A stretch of 64,000 bases of DNA, from the NCBI GenBank assembly GCA_951406725.2, contig OX597829.1, positions 22,010,001-22,074,000 of the forward strand. Reading direction: 5' to 3'. Position 1 is the first letter of the stretch; every line of letters starts with the position of its first letter. Of the stretch, positions 1 to 11,728 are shown in pieces. The stretch comes from Octopus vulgaris (lineage: Eukaryota). The translations under genes were made by a program, and so were the position numbers. Under the pieces are notes generated by a model. The model saw only the letters and a list, made by a program, of their open reading frames with translations. It was not told where the DNA came from and made no database searches.

Positions 1-240
1 AAATGTCTCTCCTGGAAAAAGTCTCAAAACTTCTGGAATGCACTTTATACGTGTAGAAGTCTATATGTGTTGAAGTATAGTGGTGTATGGGATATTTGTG
101 GGAGGTAAAAATCAAAACTGTGTCAATGAGGAGGTAAGAGTGAGTGCAAGTGTGAGGGGATGACACAAACAGGATGATATGTGAGATGATGTTGATAACA
201 CAAACAGGATGGCATAAATAATGTGGAGAGTATGATAAAT

Positions 241-1099
241 ATGTGTGTGTGTGGTGTGTATATATGTATGTGTGTGTATATGTGGATGTATGGTGTGTGT
301 TTGTGTATGTGTGTGGTGGTGTGTGTTGTGTATATATGTGTATGTGTGTTGTGTATATATGTGTATGTGTGTTGTGTGTATATGTGTGTGGTGTGTGTAC
401 ATGTGTAGGTGTCGTGTGTGTATACATGTGTGTTGTGTATACACGCATGTGTGTGTTGTGTGTATACATGTGTTGTGTGGTATGTGTATGTGTGTTGTGT
501 AAATGTGTGTGTATATGTGTATGCATGTGGTATGTGTATATATGTATGTCTGTGGTGTGTGTATATATGTGTGTGGTGTGTGGTGTGTATATATATGTAT
601 GTGTGTATGTGTATATGTTTATGTAGGTATTGTGTGTATATATGTATGTGGGTGTTGTGTGTATATATGTATGTGGGTGTTGTGTGTATATATGTATGTG
701 GGTGTTGTGTGTATATATGTATGTGGGTGTTGTGTGTATATATGTATGTAGGTATTGTGTATATATATGTATGTGGGTGTTGTGTGTATATATGTATGTG
801 GGTGTTGTGTGTATATATGTGGGTGTTGTGTGTATATATATGTATGTGGGTGTTGTGTGTATATATGCATGTGAGTGTTGTGTGTATATATGCATGTGGG
901 TGTTGTATGTGTATATGCGTATGTGTATTATGTGTGTGTGTTATGTGTGTTGTGTGTGTGTGTGTGTGTGTATGTTGTGTGTTATGTGTGTATGTTATGT
1001 GTGTGTGTTATGTGTGTGTGTGTGTTGTGTGTGTGTGTTATGTGTGTGTGTGTTATGTGTGTTATGTGTGTGTGTTATGTGTGTTATTTGTGTGTGTGT
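241..1099. repeat. TG/TA-rich microsatellite field containing a 25-bp minisatellite (~631-905)
   Basis: Unit TGTGTGTATATATGTATGTGGGTGT repeats in 25-bp register from 631. The ORFs here are C/V/Y/M low-complexity artefacts. Confidence 0.95.
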
Positions 1100-1100
1100 C

Positions 1101-1395
1101 TTAGTGGTCAGGGTATTTGGCTCATGATTGTAAGATCAAGAAGTTTGATTGCCTTGAGCAAGACACTTTACTCTCACTTTGCTGCAGTCCACTCAGCTGG
1201 CAAAAATGAGTTATACCTGTAATTCAAAGGGGCCAGCCTTGTCACATTCTGTGTCACATTGAATTTCTCTGAGAACTACGTTAAGGGTACACATGTCTGA
1301 GGAGTACTCAGCCACTTGCATGTTAATTTCATGAGCAGGCTGTTCCATTGATTGGATCAGCTGGAACACTCATCGTTGCAACCGGTGGAGTACCA
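1101..1395 (+). mobile_element. tRNA-derived SINE with CORE-like segment (degraded)
   Basis: A-box-like TTAGTGGTCAGGG, then CCTTGAGCAAGACACTTTA...CAGTCCACTCAGCTG...AAATGAGT. The same head and core occur at 3535-3680, 20985-21065 and 23150-23290. Confidence 0.7.
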
Positions 1396-1532
1396 ATGTG
1401 TGTGTATGTGTGTGTGTGTGTGTGCAAATGCATACATGTGTCTATGTCCCTTTATTGCTCCCAGGACTTTTTCAGCAGCGTTCTTAATCTGGTTACTCTG
1501 CTAATTAGGTCACCTAAGTAACAGAAGGTATC

Positions 1533-1745
1533 CTTTTCTACTCTAGGCACAAGGCCTGAAATTTTGGGGGAGGTGGGGCAGTCGATTAGATCGACCCCAG
1601 TGCGTAACTGGTACTTTATTTATCGACCCCGAAAGGATGAAAGGTAAAGTCAACCTTGGCGGAATTTGAACTCAGAACATAAAGACAGACAAAATACCGC
1701 TAAGCATTTCACCCGGCATGCTAACGTTTCTGCCAGCTCGCTACC
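1533..1745 (-). mobile_element. tRNA-derived SINE with Meta/MESC-like central domain
   Basis: Reverse strand reads GCGAGCTGGCAGAAACGTTAGC...GAGTTCAAATTCCGCC (B-box)...CCTTTCATCCTTTCGGGGTCGATAAA..AAGTACCAG. Further copies at 5750-5952, 6112-6290, 11190-11330, 13880-14080, 44390-44765, 50950-51120 and 59560-59770. Confidence 0.85.
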
Positions 1746-2609
1746 CTAAGTAACAGAAGATATCAACACCATCAACAGAGGCTTCTGAATATTGGAAAGA
1801 ATTTATTACTTCTACACATTTTATCTTCTAACACATTACATCTTTCTTTTCTGTTACCCCGCTTACAATTCCCATATAGCTATTGTACATCTGTGTGTAC
1901 GCACGTGTGTGTGTGTGTATGTGTGCATGCATGCATAGAAGGTAATTTTAGCAAAAGTTGAGCAACATTTGCATTTTACTTTTATTAAATAATACTCTGC
2001 AATTTGCCTCACATCAGAGTATGTGATGGTTGGTTATTCAACAATCTGATCCACACTGAAGTATGTAAAAAAAAAAAAAAAGGATGTAATAACAAATACT
2101 TTTAGAAGATCTGTAGGAGAGGGGGGTGGGATGGGGTATCGACAAAAGAAAACAGAAAATAGTGCTGTTAGTAAATGGATGAGATTAAAGGAAGAAGAAA
2201 GACCATTGAAAATGATTGGGAAAGTTAAAAGAATCTAAGAAAACATCAGTGTTGATGAAAGAAAGAAACAATGGAAATTTGCACCTCAAAACAGAAGTAA
2301 TCAAATTTTGTGCTTAATACAGCAGCTTATTATGAAGTAATTAGTACTGTCAAAGCCTCTGATATTGCTGTGGTAGAATGAAATTTACACATTGTAGCAT
2401 TTTATAACAAATTATCTATATGGGCTGTTTTTCTTCATTTGCATATGTTTGCTTATAATTCAACCTCAATTACTTGTTAGTGCATGACATAGAATAAGGT
2501 CAAATTTTTATGTTTCCAATTAATTACCAAATTTCTTGTTTAATACAAGATTAAAAAAAAATTAAGATTAGAATTCTTGAGCTTCCATAAAAAAGCAATC
2601 ACTAGAAAT

Positions 2610-3180
2610 CTTTTATCGTTTACTTACTTCAGTCATTGGACTGCGGCCATGCTAGGGTACTAGCTTGGAGGGTTTTAGTCGAACAAATTGATCCCAGGAA
2701 TTTTTTTTTCAAGCCTAGTACTTATTCTATTGGTCTCTTTTGCCAAACAACTAAGTTATGAGGATGTAAATACACCAACACTGGTGTATTTAGTCCCAGG
2801 AGGTAATGTCCCCTGGGGCTAAATTACAGCAACATTTATCCTAGACCAGGACTACCATGTTATGTTGGCAAACAATCTTTACTACAAAGTACTGTTGCTG
2901 AATATCTCACACTGTGAGATTTAAAAATAGTAATTTACGCTAACACTGGCTGTCAAGCAATGGGGGGGGGGGAGCAAATACAGACACAAAGACACACACA
3001 CACACATATAGTTATACAATAAGCTTCTTTCAGTTTCCATCTACCAAGCCTACTCACAAGGCTTTGGTTGACCCAAGGCTATAGTAGAAAACATTTGTCT
3101 AGGTTTCACAAAGTGGGACTGAACCCAGAAACATGTGGTTGGGAAGCGAACTTCTTACCACACAGCCATACCTGCACCTG
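2610..3180 (-). mobile_element. Abundant tRNA-derived SINE (family A) with a 157-bp internal insertion
   Basis: Matches the copies at 46565-46962 and 14967-15372. Interrupted at 2785-2941 between AACACTGG direct repeats. Confidence 0.85.
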
Positions 3181-3220
3181 TGTGAGGAGAAAAATTCCTT
3201 CATGGTTCATGGTTCCAGTC

Positions 3221-3480
3221 CAGTAACTCTCAACCATTTTTTGCATATGGACCCCCTTTGATTCCTATTTTATTCAACAAGACCCCTAACAGCCATTCAA
3301 TGTGTATAAAAGACATCCTATGATAATTTTATAATTTGATTATTATTAAGAAATGTTTAACGAAATTTTTGAAATATTTTGTGTATTGTAGAAATATAGA
3401 CAGTTTATTGCACATAAATTTTAACAACAAAATCTTATATGGACTGCTAAAGGTCATATTGACCTCAGCTGAGAACCACC
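3221..3480. mobile_element. hAT (Charlie/Buster-like) MITE, degraded
   Basis: Ends CAGTAACTCTCAACC ... GCTGAGAACCACC. Body is the reverse complement of the 7642-8331 element. Confidence 0.7.
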
Positions 3481-3963
3481 TTAAAAAGAAGCAAAACAGC
3501 AAAAGATATTTTGGATCATCTTTTAGAGGGCTGTGAAGGCACATGGTCTAATAGTTAGGAGTGCTCAATTGTAGATCATATGATGATGGATTCAATTCCT
3601 AGAGAGCATGGCACATTTGTCCTTGAACAAGATACTTAATTCTTCTCTGTAACTCCAGTCTACTCAAATAAAAAAATTAGTACAAGCCAAACACTAGTGT
3701 AGCATTTTAACCACTCTGTCACGTTCTCAATGTTTCACTCACTGGGTCCAGGGAGGTAGTGACAAGATTGTGTCAAGACTACATAGTCACCTAAAGCACT
3801 TAAACAAAAGCACAAGACCCCGGGTTTATGGGTTTTATTTTTCAAGCACAAGACCCAAAATTTGAACAAAGTGCAAAAGTTTCTACTACCTTAACAAATG
3901 CTTCTGTGTGTTACTGTGAAATTTATAGAGAGTAAAGAAAAGCTGCTTCTAAGCAAACAACTC

Positions 3964-4482
3964 TCATCATCATGATCATCATTTAACGTCCGCTTTCCAT
4001 GCGGACGTGGGTTGGACGATTTTGACTGAGATGGCTGCACCAGGCTCCAATCTTGATTTGGCAGAGATTCTACAGCTGAATGCTCTTCCTAACGCCAACC
4101 ACTCCGAGAGTTCTAGTGGGTGCTTTTTAGATGCTACTAGCACGGGAAGCAGTCAGGCGGTACTGGCAACAACCTCGCTCGAATCTTTTTACACATGCCA
4201 CTAGCACAGGTGCCAGTAAAGTGACTGAATGCTTGTGAATCAGCAATCAAGTGTACAAGTGATAGTGTGCGCAAGTCTAGTGCAAGTGAAAGTGATTCAG
4301 AAAACAATTATAATAATAATGTTTTTATCATAAATCATCATCATCGTTTAACATCCGTTTTCCGTGCTAGCATGGGTTGGACAGTTCGACCGGGGTCTGG
4401 GAAGCCAGGAGGCTGCACCAGGCTCCAGTCTGATCTGGCAGGGTTTCTACAGCTGGATGCCCTTCCTAACGCCAACCACTCC
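3964..4482 (-). mobile_element. Two 5'-truncated RTE 3' ends (3964-4225 and 4336-4482)
   Basis: (CAT)n tail followed by TTTAACGTCCG..TTCCATGC..GGGTTGGAC..CTACAGCTG(G/A)ATGC..TTCCTAACGCCAACCACTCCG, the reverse complement of the RTE 3' end at 63150-63312. Confidence 0.85.
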
Positions 4483-5271
4483 GTTCTTGACATTGTTTTT
4501 ACTTTACCTAAAATATTCTTTACATTCTACTGTTGTTTTATTGCCATTTATTTAAGAGAGTTATAAATTTTATTGCTAAAATATTTTTCTGGGAACAAAT
4601 TACAATTTATAATATTGCTATGGGGAATTATTGCCCTTCTTTACAAGAAGTCTCCAGGAACAAATTTAACTCATATATCAAGACATTACTGTACATGTTT
4701 ACACACTTGTGAACAATGGCTATGGATTTTTTTTTTTCCTGGGATACTCACTGAATTTTGAAATATGATTAAAAAGTCTTTTCCATCAAGTCACATCCTA
4801 TATTTTAGAAAAAGGACATGTTACATAAGGTGACCCTTGGTTCATAATTCATAGAAAAAAAAACACAAAATAGTGATGATGAAGTGTCTGGCCTTGGACT
4901 ACTCGACAACAATTAATACAAACACAAGATTGAAATATATTGTTAATATGACAGGCTCCTATTCTCTTTCAGCCTTTGACATCTTATGCGTCAGCACAAC
5001 ACTAAAGAACAACTGTATCTCAAAGTCATTGCCTGAAACTCCTTAGGAAGCTTACAGTAAAAATTCTAAATAGCTGTTGTTCACTACCATCTGACAACAG
5101 ACATCCTCCCAACAGCAATGTTCTTGGATACAAAGCCACAGTAGAAAGTCTCAATGAGACTCACCAAAATTATGAAAAAAAACCCGAGCCTATTAGCAAC
5201 AGACCAAAAGTATTCACTCCACTAATGATGGTATCAGACTGTGAGCACTGCTGGTCTGTCAAGATTGTTGT

Positions 5272-5685
5272 GGCAGCAAGCTGGCAGAAACGTTAGCATG
5301 CTGTGCGAAATGCTTAGCAGTATTTTGTCTGTCGTTACATTCTGAGTTCAAATTCCGCCGAGGTCGACTTTGCCTTTCATCCTTTCACGGTTGATTAAAT
5401 AAGTACCAGTTATGCACTGGGGTCAATATAATCGACTTAATCCATCTGTCTGTCTTTGTTTGTCCTCTCTGTGTTTAGCCCCTTGTGGGTAGTAAAGAAA
5501 TAGGTATTTCATCTGCTGCTACGTTCTGAGTTCAAATTCCACCGAGGTCGACTTAGCCTTTCATCCTTTCGGGGTCAATTAAATAAGTACCAGTTACGCA
5601 CTGGGGTCAATGTAATCGATTTAATCCCTTTGTCTGTACTTGTTTGTCCCCTCTATGTTTAGCCCCTTGTGCACAATAAAGAAAT
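5272..5685 (+). mobile_element. Meta-domain SINE with tandemly duplicated body and 11-bp TSD
   Basis: One head plus two body/tail units. AAGATTGTTGT flanks it at 5261-5271 and 5686-5696. Confidence 0.9.
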
Positions 5686-6681
5686 AAGATTGTTGTTAGA
5701 CTGACAATCTTGACAGGCAGTTCAGAATCAGAAATAGTGCAAAATAATGGTTTCAAATTTTGGCACAAGACCAAAATTTGAATTACAATGACTACATTGA
5801 CCCCAGTGCTCAATTGGTACCTATTTCATGGAACCCAGAAATGATGACAGGCAAAGTCAACTGTGGAAAAATTTGAACTCAGAACATAAAGACAGACAAA
5901 ATAGTGTTAAGCATTTCGCACATTGTGCTAACAATTCTGCCAGCTTGCCGCCTTTTGATAGTGAAAAATATTGATGACTAAAGAACTGAAGAAGACTTCT
6001 TTAGTCTTGAGAGTTACAAGATGATCTCACCAGTGCTGAAGCTAATAAAAATTTTTTAAAAATTGCATCCTATAGACTCAGTAAAATGGTTGGCATTATG
6101 AAGGTTAACAAGGCCACGAGCTGACAGAACTATCAGCATGTAGGGCAAAATGCTTAGCATCATTTCATCTGTCTTTCGGTTCTGAGTTCAATTTCTGTCG
6201 AGGTCGACTTTGCCTTTCATCCTTCCAGGGGTCAATAAGATAAGTACCAACTGAACACTGAGGTCAATGTGCTCAACTTAACCCTCCCTGAAATTAGTTG
6301 TAGAGATAGGGAGAGAGGTGGTGGGGTGGGGAGGAGAGGTAGGGAGTTAGGTAAGAGTGTGGGGAGAGATCATGATGAGGATGTGTCAGGGTGTATCCTC
6401 ATGTTACAGAGAGGTGTATACAAGTGAATCGGTAAAAGGGGTTGGATAGAGATGAGAGGGTAAGCTATCAAGTAAGTTCACCGGGAGGTGGAAGGGAATG
6501 CAGTGAGTGTACACTGGTAGTAGGAGGACTATCAGGAAGATATGTTGTGGGGGGGGGGTATTAGTACTACAAAGAGACTGCTTTTGTTTAATAGTTGGTT
6601 GTTTAATACTTGTTTTGTTTAATAGTGGTTGTGGGTTGTGTAGATGACACATTTAGTACAAATTTTAAACTCACTCATTAA

Positions 6682-6866
6682 CCCTTAGCCCCAATAGCAT
6701 TCAGATTACTTTATCAGATGCATGCATTATCTTGTTTCAATGATCTGATAGTTTACTTCTAGAATGAGACATTGTTGGGTAGGTTTGAGAGGCTCAACCT
6801 GGCTGGTTTGAGCACAAAGCAAGTAAAATATTTGGGCTGGATCTGGCCAGTTTAAGTGCTGAAGGG
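6682..6866. mobile_element. piggyBac-type MITE
   Basis: TTAA|CCCTT ... AAGGG|TTAA. Body homologous to 9850-10069 (inverted) and 46211-46430. Confidence 0.8.
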
Positions 6867-6967
6867 TTAAACAGTGTGAAAGGGTTGCATGAATGTAAAT
6901 GCCAAATGAGCAGAATACAAAAAAAAATCTCGTTTTCTTAAGGATAATTTTTATTACTTATTTTCAC

Positions 6968-7347
6968 TTTACATCAACATCAAAATAAAAATCAAATGGA
7001 AATTGTGGTTGTGATACCCGTGCTGGTGGCACATAAAAAGCACCATCCAAACATGGCCGATGCCAGCGCCACCTTAACTGCCTTCCATGCCGATGGCACA
7101 TAAAAAGCACCAACTGATTGTGGGATAGTGGCCATTGCCAGCCTTCCTTGGCACCTGTGCCGGTGGCATGAAAAAGCACCCATAAAACTCACAGAGTGGT
7201 TGGCATTAGGAAGGGCATCCAGCTGTGGAAACACTGCTAGACCAGACTGGAGCGTGGGGCAGCCTCCTGGCTTCCCAGACCCCGGTCAAACCGTCCAACC
7301 CATGCTAGCATGGAAAACAGGTGTTAAACGATAATGATGATGATGAT
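6968..7347 (+). mobile_element. RTE LINE 3' UTR fragment
   Basis: GGTGGCACATAAAAAGCACC repeat units, conserved 3' end and (GAT)n tail. Confidence 0.85.
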
Positions 7348-7641
7348 AAGTACAAAAGCTATAATAATTGTTAGTACCTTACACATAAACATTTACAATC
7401 TCATTATTGGAAAGTGTCCTAAAATATTCAATTTCCTTTGATGATGGCTGTCTCTATATAAAATTTTTGAAACATCAACTAATGGTGTCCACTATTTAAA
7501 GGTTGAATGATTTTTCACAATGTTACAATTGTAATTCAACTGTAATTTTAAAAAACTAAGACATAACTGTGATAATAGGTAGACACTCATATTCACATGA
7601 TATTCTTTCATATAGTGTCACTGGAACTTTATGGTCTAAAT

Positions 7642-7926
7642 CAGTGGTTCGCAACCAGGATCCATATGGCCCTTTGGGGTGAATACTCTTTTTTTTTTTT
7701 ACTCTTTTACTTGTTTCAGTCATTTGACTGTGGCCATGCTGGAGCACTGCCTTTAGTCGAGCAAATCAACCCCAGGACTTATTCTTTGTAAGCCTAGTAC
7801 TTATTCTATTGGTCTCTTTTGCTGAACCGCTAAGTTATGGGGACGTAAACACACCAACATCGGTTGTCAAGCGATGTTGGGGGGACAAACACAGACACAC
7901 AAACACACACACAATATATATATATG

Positions 7927-7958
<32 letters not shown>

Positions 7959-8331
7959 CGACGGGCTTCTTTCAGTTTCTGTCTACCAAATCCACTCACA
8001 AGGCTTTGGTCAGCCTGAGGCTATAGTAAAAGACACTTGTCTAAGGTGTCACATAATGGGACTGAACCCGGAACCATGTGGTTTGGTAAGCAAGCTACTT
8101 TCCACACAGCCATTCCTGCGTCATATAAGATTTCGTTGTTAAAATTTGTCATAAAATTGGTTGTACTTCTACAATACAAAAACTATTTTAATATTTTTTA
8201 GACGATGCCTAATAATACTTAGTTATTAAAAAGTTATATGATTCTTTTAAACATTAAATGATTAAGAGGGTCCAGTAGAGTAAAATAAGAATCAAAGGGG
8301 TCCACAGGAAAAAAATGGCTGAGAAACAGTG
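7642..8331. mobile_element. hAT MITE with perfect 8-bp TSD, interrupted by a family-A SINE (7684-8120, minus)
   Basis: TIRs CAGTGGTTCGCAACC and GGCTGAGAAACAGTG. GTCTAAAT duplicated at 7634-7641 and 8332-8339. Confidence 0.9.
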
Positions 8332-8734
8332 GTCTAAATTATACATGCTCATGCAAACAAACACACACAAACATGCACATTATATATATAAGACCGGAGC
8401 CTGGTGCAGCCTTCTGGCTTCCCAGATCCCCGGTCGAACCGTCCAACCCATGCTAGCATGGAGAACGGACGTTAAACGATGATGATGATGATGATATATA
8501 TATTATAATATTATACAAAATGTTTCACATAAACCCGAAGTTTCTACCTTTAAAAACAAGGAATTACAACCTTTTTACTTGTGTGATTTTTTTGCTACCC
8601 AGGTAACTATTTATTTTTTCCGTGTTAATTGTTAACAAGGGAAAAATACACCCATCTATTTATTTATATATATATATATAAAGAGGGAAAGAGAGAGAAA
8701 TAGGGGGGAGAAAGAAAGATGTTTTATTTAAAAC

Positions 8735-9651
8735 ATTACCTCTACTGGTGACAAAGGGCCTCTCGCTCAGAGTAAAAGGTAGACAGTATGACGCATGTGT
8801 ATGAACAGCCATGTTACATGGCAGTGAAACATGGGCCGTGACTGCTGAGGACATGCGTAAGCACGCATGGAATGAAGCCAGTATGCTCCGATGGATGTGT
8901 AGTGTCAGTGTGCATACATGACAGAGTGTAAGTACCTTGAGAGTAAAGTTGGACCTAGATGTGGTGTGCAAGAGAGATGACTGCGCTGGTATGGTCATGT
9001 GGCGAGAATGGATGAGGATAGCTGTGTGAAAAAGTACTACACCCTAGCAGTTGAGGGAACCTGTGGAAGAGGTTGACCCAGGAAGACCTTGGATGAAGTG
9101 GTAAAGCATGACCTTCGAACACTAGGCCTCACTGAGGCAATAACTAGTGACTGAGACCTTTGGAAATATGCTATGCTTGAGAAGACTTGGCAAGCCAAGA
9201 GAGAGCATAACCTTGTGGCCTATGCCAGGGGTATAACCAGCCCACTTACGCATACCTTTCCTTCATTAAACACTAAACTCTGCTTGCGAAGACCTGTTGA
9301 GGCAAGTGAAATCGAAATCAAATTCAACGACTAGCATCTGTGCTAGTGGAGCGCTAAGAACACCATCCGAGCATGATTGTTGCCAGAGCAGGTAACTAGC
9401 TTCCGTGCCGGTGGCACGTAAAAAGCACCATTCAAGCATAAGCGAGGTCATTGCCAGTGCCGCTGGACTGGCTACTGTGCAGGTGGCACATAAAAAACAC
9501 CATTTGAGGGTGGCCATTGCCAGTACCGCCTGACCGGCCCTCATGCCGGTGGCATGTAAAAGCACCCACTATACTCTCAGAGTGGTTGGCATTATGAAGG
9601 GCATCCAACTGTAGAAACTCTGCCAGATATGATGATGATGATGATGATGAC
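8735..9651 (+). mobile_element. 5'-truncated RTE LINE (ORF C-terminus and 3' UTR)
   Basis: Translates LPLLVTKGLSLRVKGRQYDACV*TAMLHGSETWAV...LRWYGHVARMDED. Homologous to 29080-30088 and 62329-63312. Confidence 0.9.
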
Positions 9652-9849
9652 GACTGTGTTCTCATTTATCTTTTTCAATCAGAGTTTTTTCTTATTTTAT
9701 ACAAGTTACTTGCATTTTCTTTAAAACAGAACAATTTCAGTTTCATCTTCACGATGAAGTGATATTTTTGTGTATTGCAGCAGGAGGTGTTTTTGACATT
9801 TTTATGACCAAATACATTTCAGTGATACAGAATAAACTGTTAAAATTAA

Positions 9850-10069
9850 CCCTTTAGCATTTAAACTGGCCATATCTGGCCTAAATATTCTACCTGTTTT
9901 ATGTTCAAACCAACTAGATCCTGCCTCTCATACGTACCTTAAAATGTTACTCTAAAAATAAGCAATCACACTATTGAAATCTCAAAGCTACAAGTCAAGA
10001 CATGATTAACTGAAAGCAATATGAATAAATAAGCATTCCATTTGACAGAATAATCCAAACGCCAAAGGG
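9850..10069. mobile_element. piggyBac-type MITE (220 bp)
   Basis: TTAA|CCCTTTAGCATTT ... AAACGCCAAAGGG|TTAA. Confidence 0.88.
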
Positions 10070-10134
10070 TTAAATGTCTAACAATGCCAAATTAGGAATA
10101 AAAAGATGTTGGGAAAAGAGAAAATAAGACTTAC

Positions 10135-10248
10135 TGGAAAATCTTTGGATTCATTTTGACACCAGCATAACATGCTAATTCTGCTAGGTCAGAACTTGGT
10201 TTATGTAGAGTAGGAGCTAATGTTGATTTTTTACCATATTTTACAGAC
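10135..10248 (-). CDS. MZT2: Internal coding exon of a probable MZT2/MOZART2-like (mitotic-spindle organizing protein 2) gene
   Basis: Acceptor TATCTTTTTCAG, donor GTAAGT, 114 bp, phase 2/2. The only open frame gives SVKYGKKSTLAPTLHKPSSDLAELACYAGVKMNPKIF, resembling the MZT2 motif LYELAQAAGGxIDPDVFK. The symbol is from recalled similarity, not a search. Confidence 0.68.
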
Positions 10249-11728
10249 CTGAAAAAGATAAAATCTTGTTTTACAGTCCCGAAAAAAAAAAATTTGATAC
10301 AATTTCATTCAATTTTAAGAAAGCAGTCACAAACTATAATTATATTTTGGAGAAGATCTTTAATTATAGTCCTTATAATTTCTTCCTCAAAAGAAAATAA
10401 TTTATCAAATAACAAAAAGAAAGAAAAGAAAAAAAAAATTATTTATATGAAATTTAATTTTAAGGAAAGCTTACAATATGAAAGAATATATAATTCATTG
10501 ATTCCTTATATTTCAAGTAACATACCTAACCACAAAGGGAAATAGTTTAAAAAATATCACTAAAAGTGCCATCAATGTTTTATTCTTTGCTGCTATAAAA
10601 TTCTATAATATCGTTATGTCTCAAGCAAACAACCAGCACTCCTCTACTATTTACATTATGTTTTTTTTTTTTCAAAATTAATACTGGAAGTATTAACAAC
10701 TTTAAAGTTTTTATAACTATAAAGTTATAAAAACATTTAAAAGCTTGCATGACTTGAAAAATTTCCCTGAATAAGAAATGGTTATCGATAGTCCACATCA
10801 CTCAATAAAGACTCATATGGCTGGTTTCCAAGTTTTTCTGCCCTATATACTCCTCCCTGGATGGGACACTAGTCCATCACAAGATTTAATTACTTTTACT
10901 AGTTGAGTGGATGGAGCAACATGAAATGAAGTGTTTTTTGCAGTCCAGGAATCAAAACCACAATCTTATGATGATAAACCCCACACCCTAACCACTAAGC
11001 TATGCACCTCCCTGAAAAAAAAAATACATAATGAAAGTCGTAAACAACAGCAGCAAACATTCACACAGAGATATTATTACTGTGAAGTATGATTATGAAA
11101 ATAACTACAATTATTAAAATCATGTAATAACTTGTTGCATGCTAAAAAGATAGTGGTAATTGCTACTCTGTGACCTCAGTCACATAAATATTCTTTTCTA
11201 CTCTAGGCACAAGCCCTCGAAATTTTGAGGGGAAGGGGCCTGTCAATTAGATCAACCCCAGCACACAACTGGTACTTATTTATCGACCCTGAAAGGATGA
11301 AAGGCAAAGTCGACCTCAGCGGAATTTGATGTAATAACAAATATTGTTTCTTTAATGCATGTTACAAGCAAAAAAACAACCATAACTTATGATATCCTTC
11401 AACATACCAGGCTGCTAATTTCAAGCAATTTCTAATACGTAAAATGCAACCAAAACTTGGCAATCAATCACCAAGAACTTTCCTACAGTCAACAATGTAC
11501 TGAATTTTTTAAAACCATTATAGCCAAAATATCCCAGCTATGCTGTGAGTCTTTAATTATATATATCATTATGAAATTGGTGTCATTTACAGTTTATTAC
11601 CAATCTCACATTTTTATGTTCAAGACAAGAGTCTGTTAAAGCCAAATTATCAAATCATATTTTTAAACACCTTTGCTTTGTTAATTATATAATAACAGAA
11701 GTTGAAGTAGCAACAATAATCCTTTTTA

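Noticed and set aside
112-1222. Long C/V/Y/M- and H/T/I-rich ORFs (also 18767-19616, 45626-46096, 56844-57234)
   Set aside because: Translations of TG/TA/CATA microsatellites, open in several frames on both strands.
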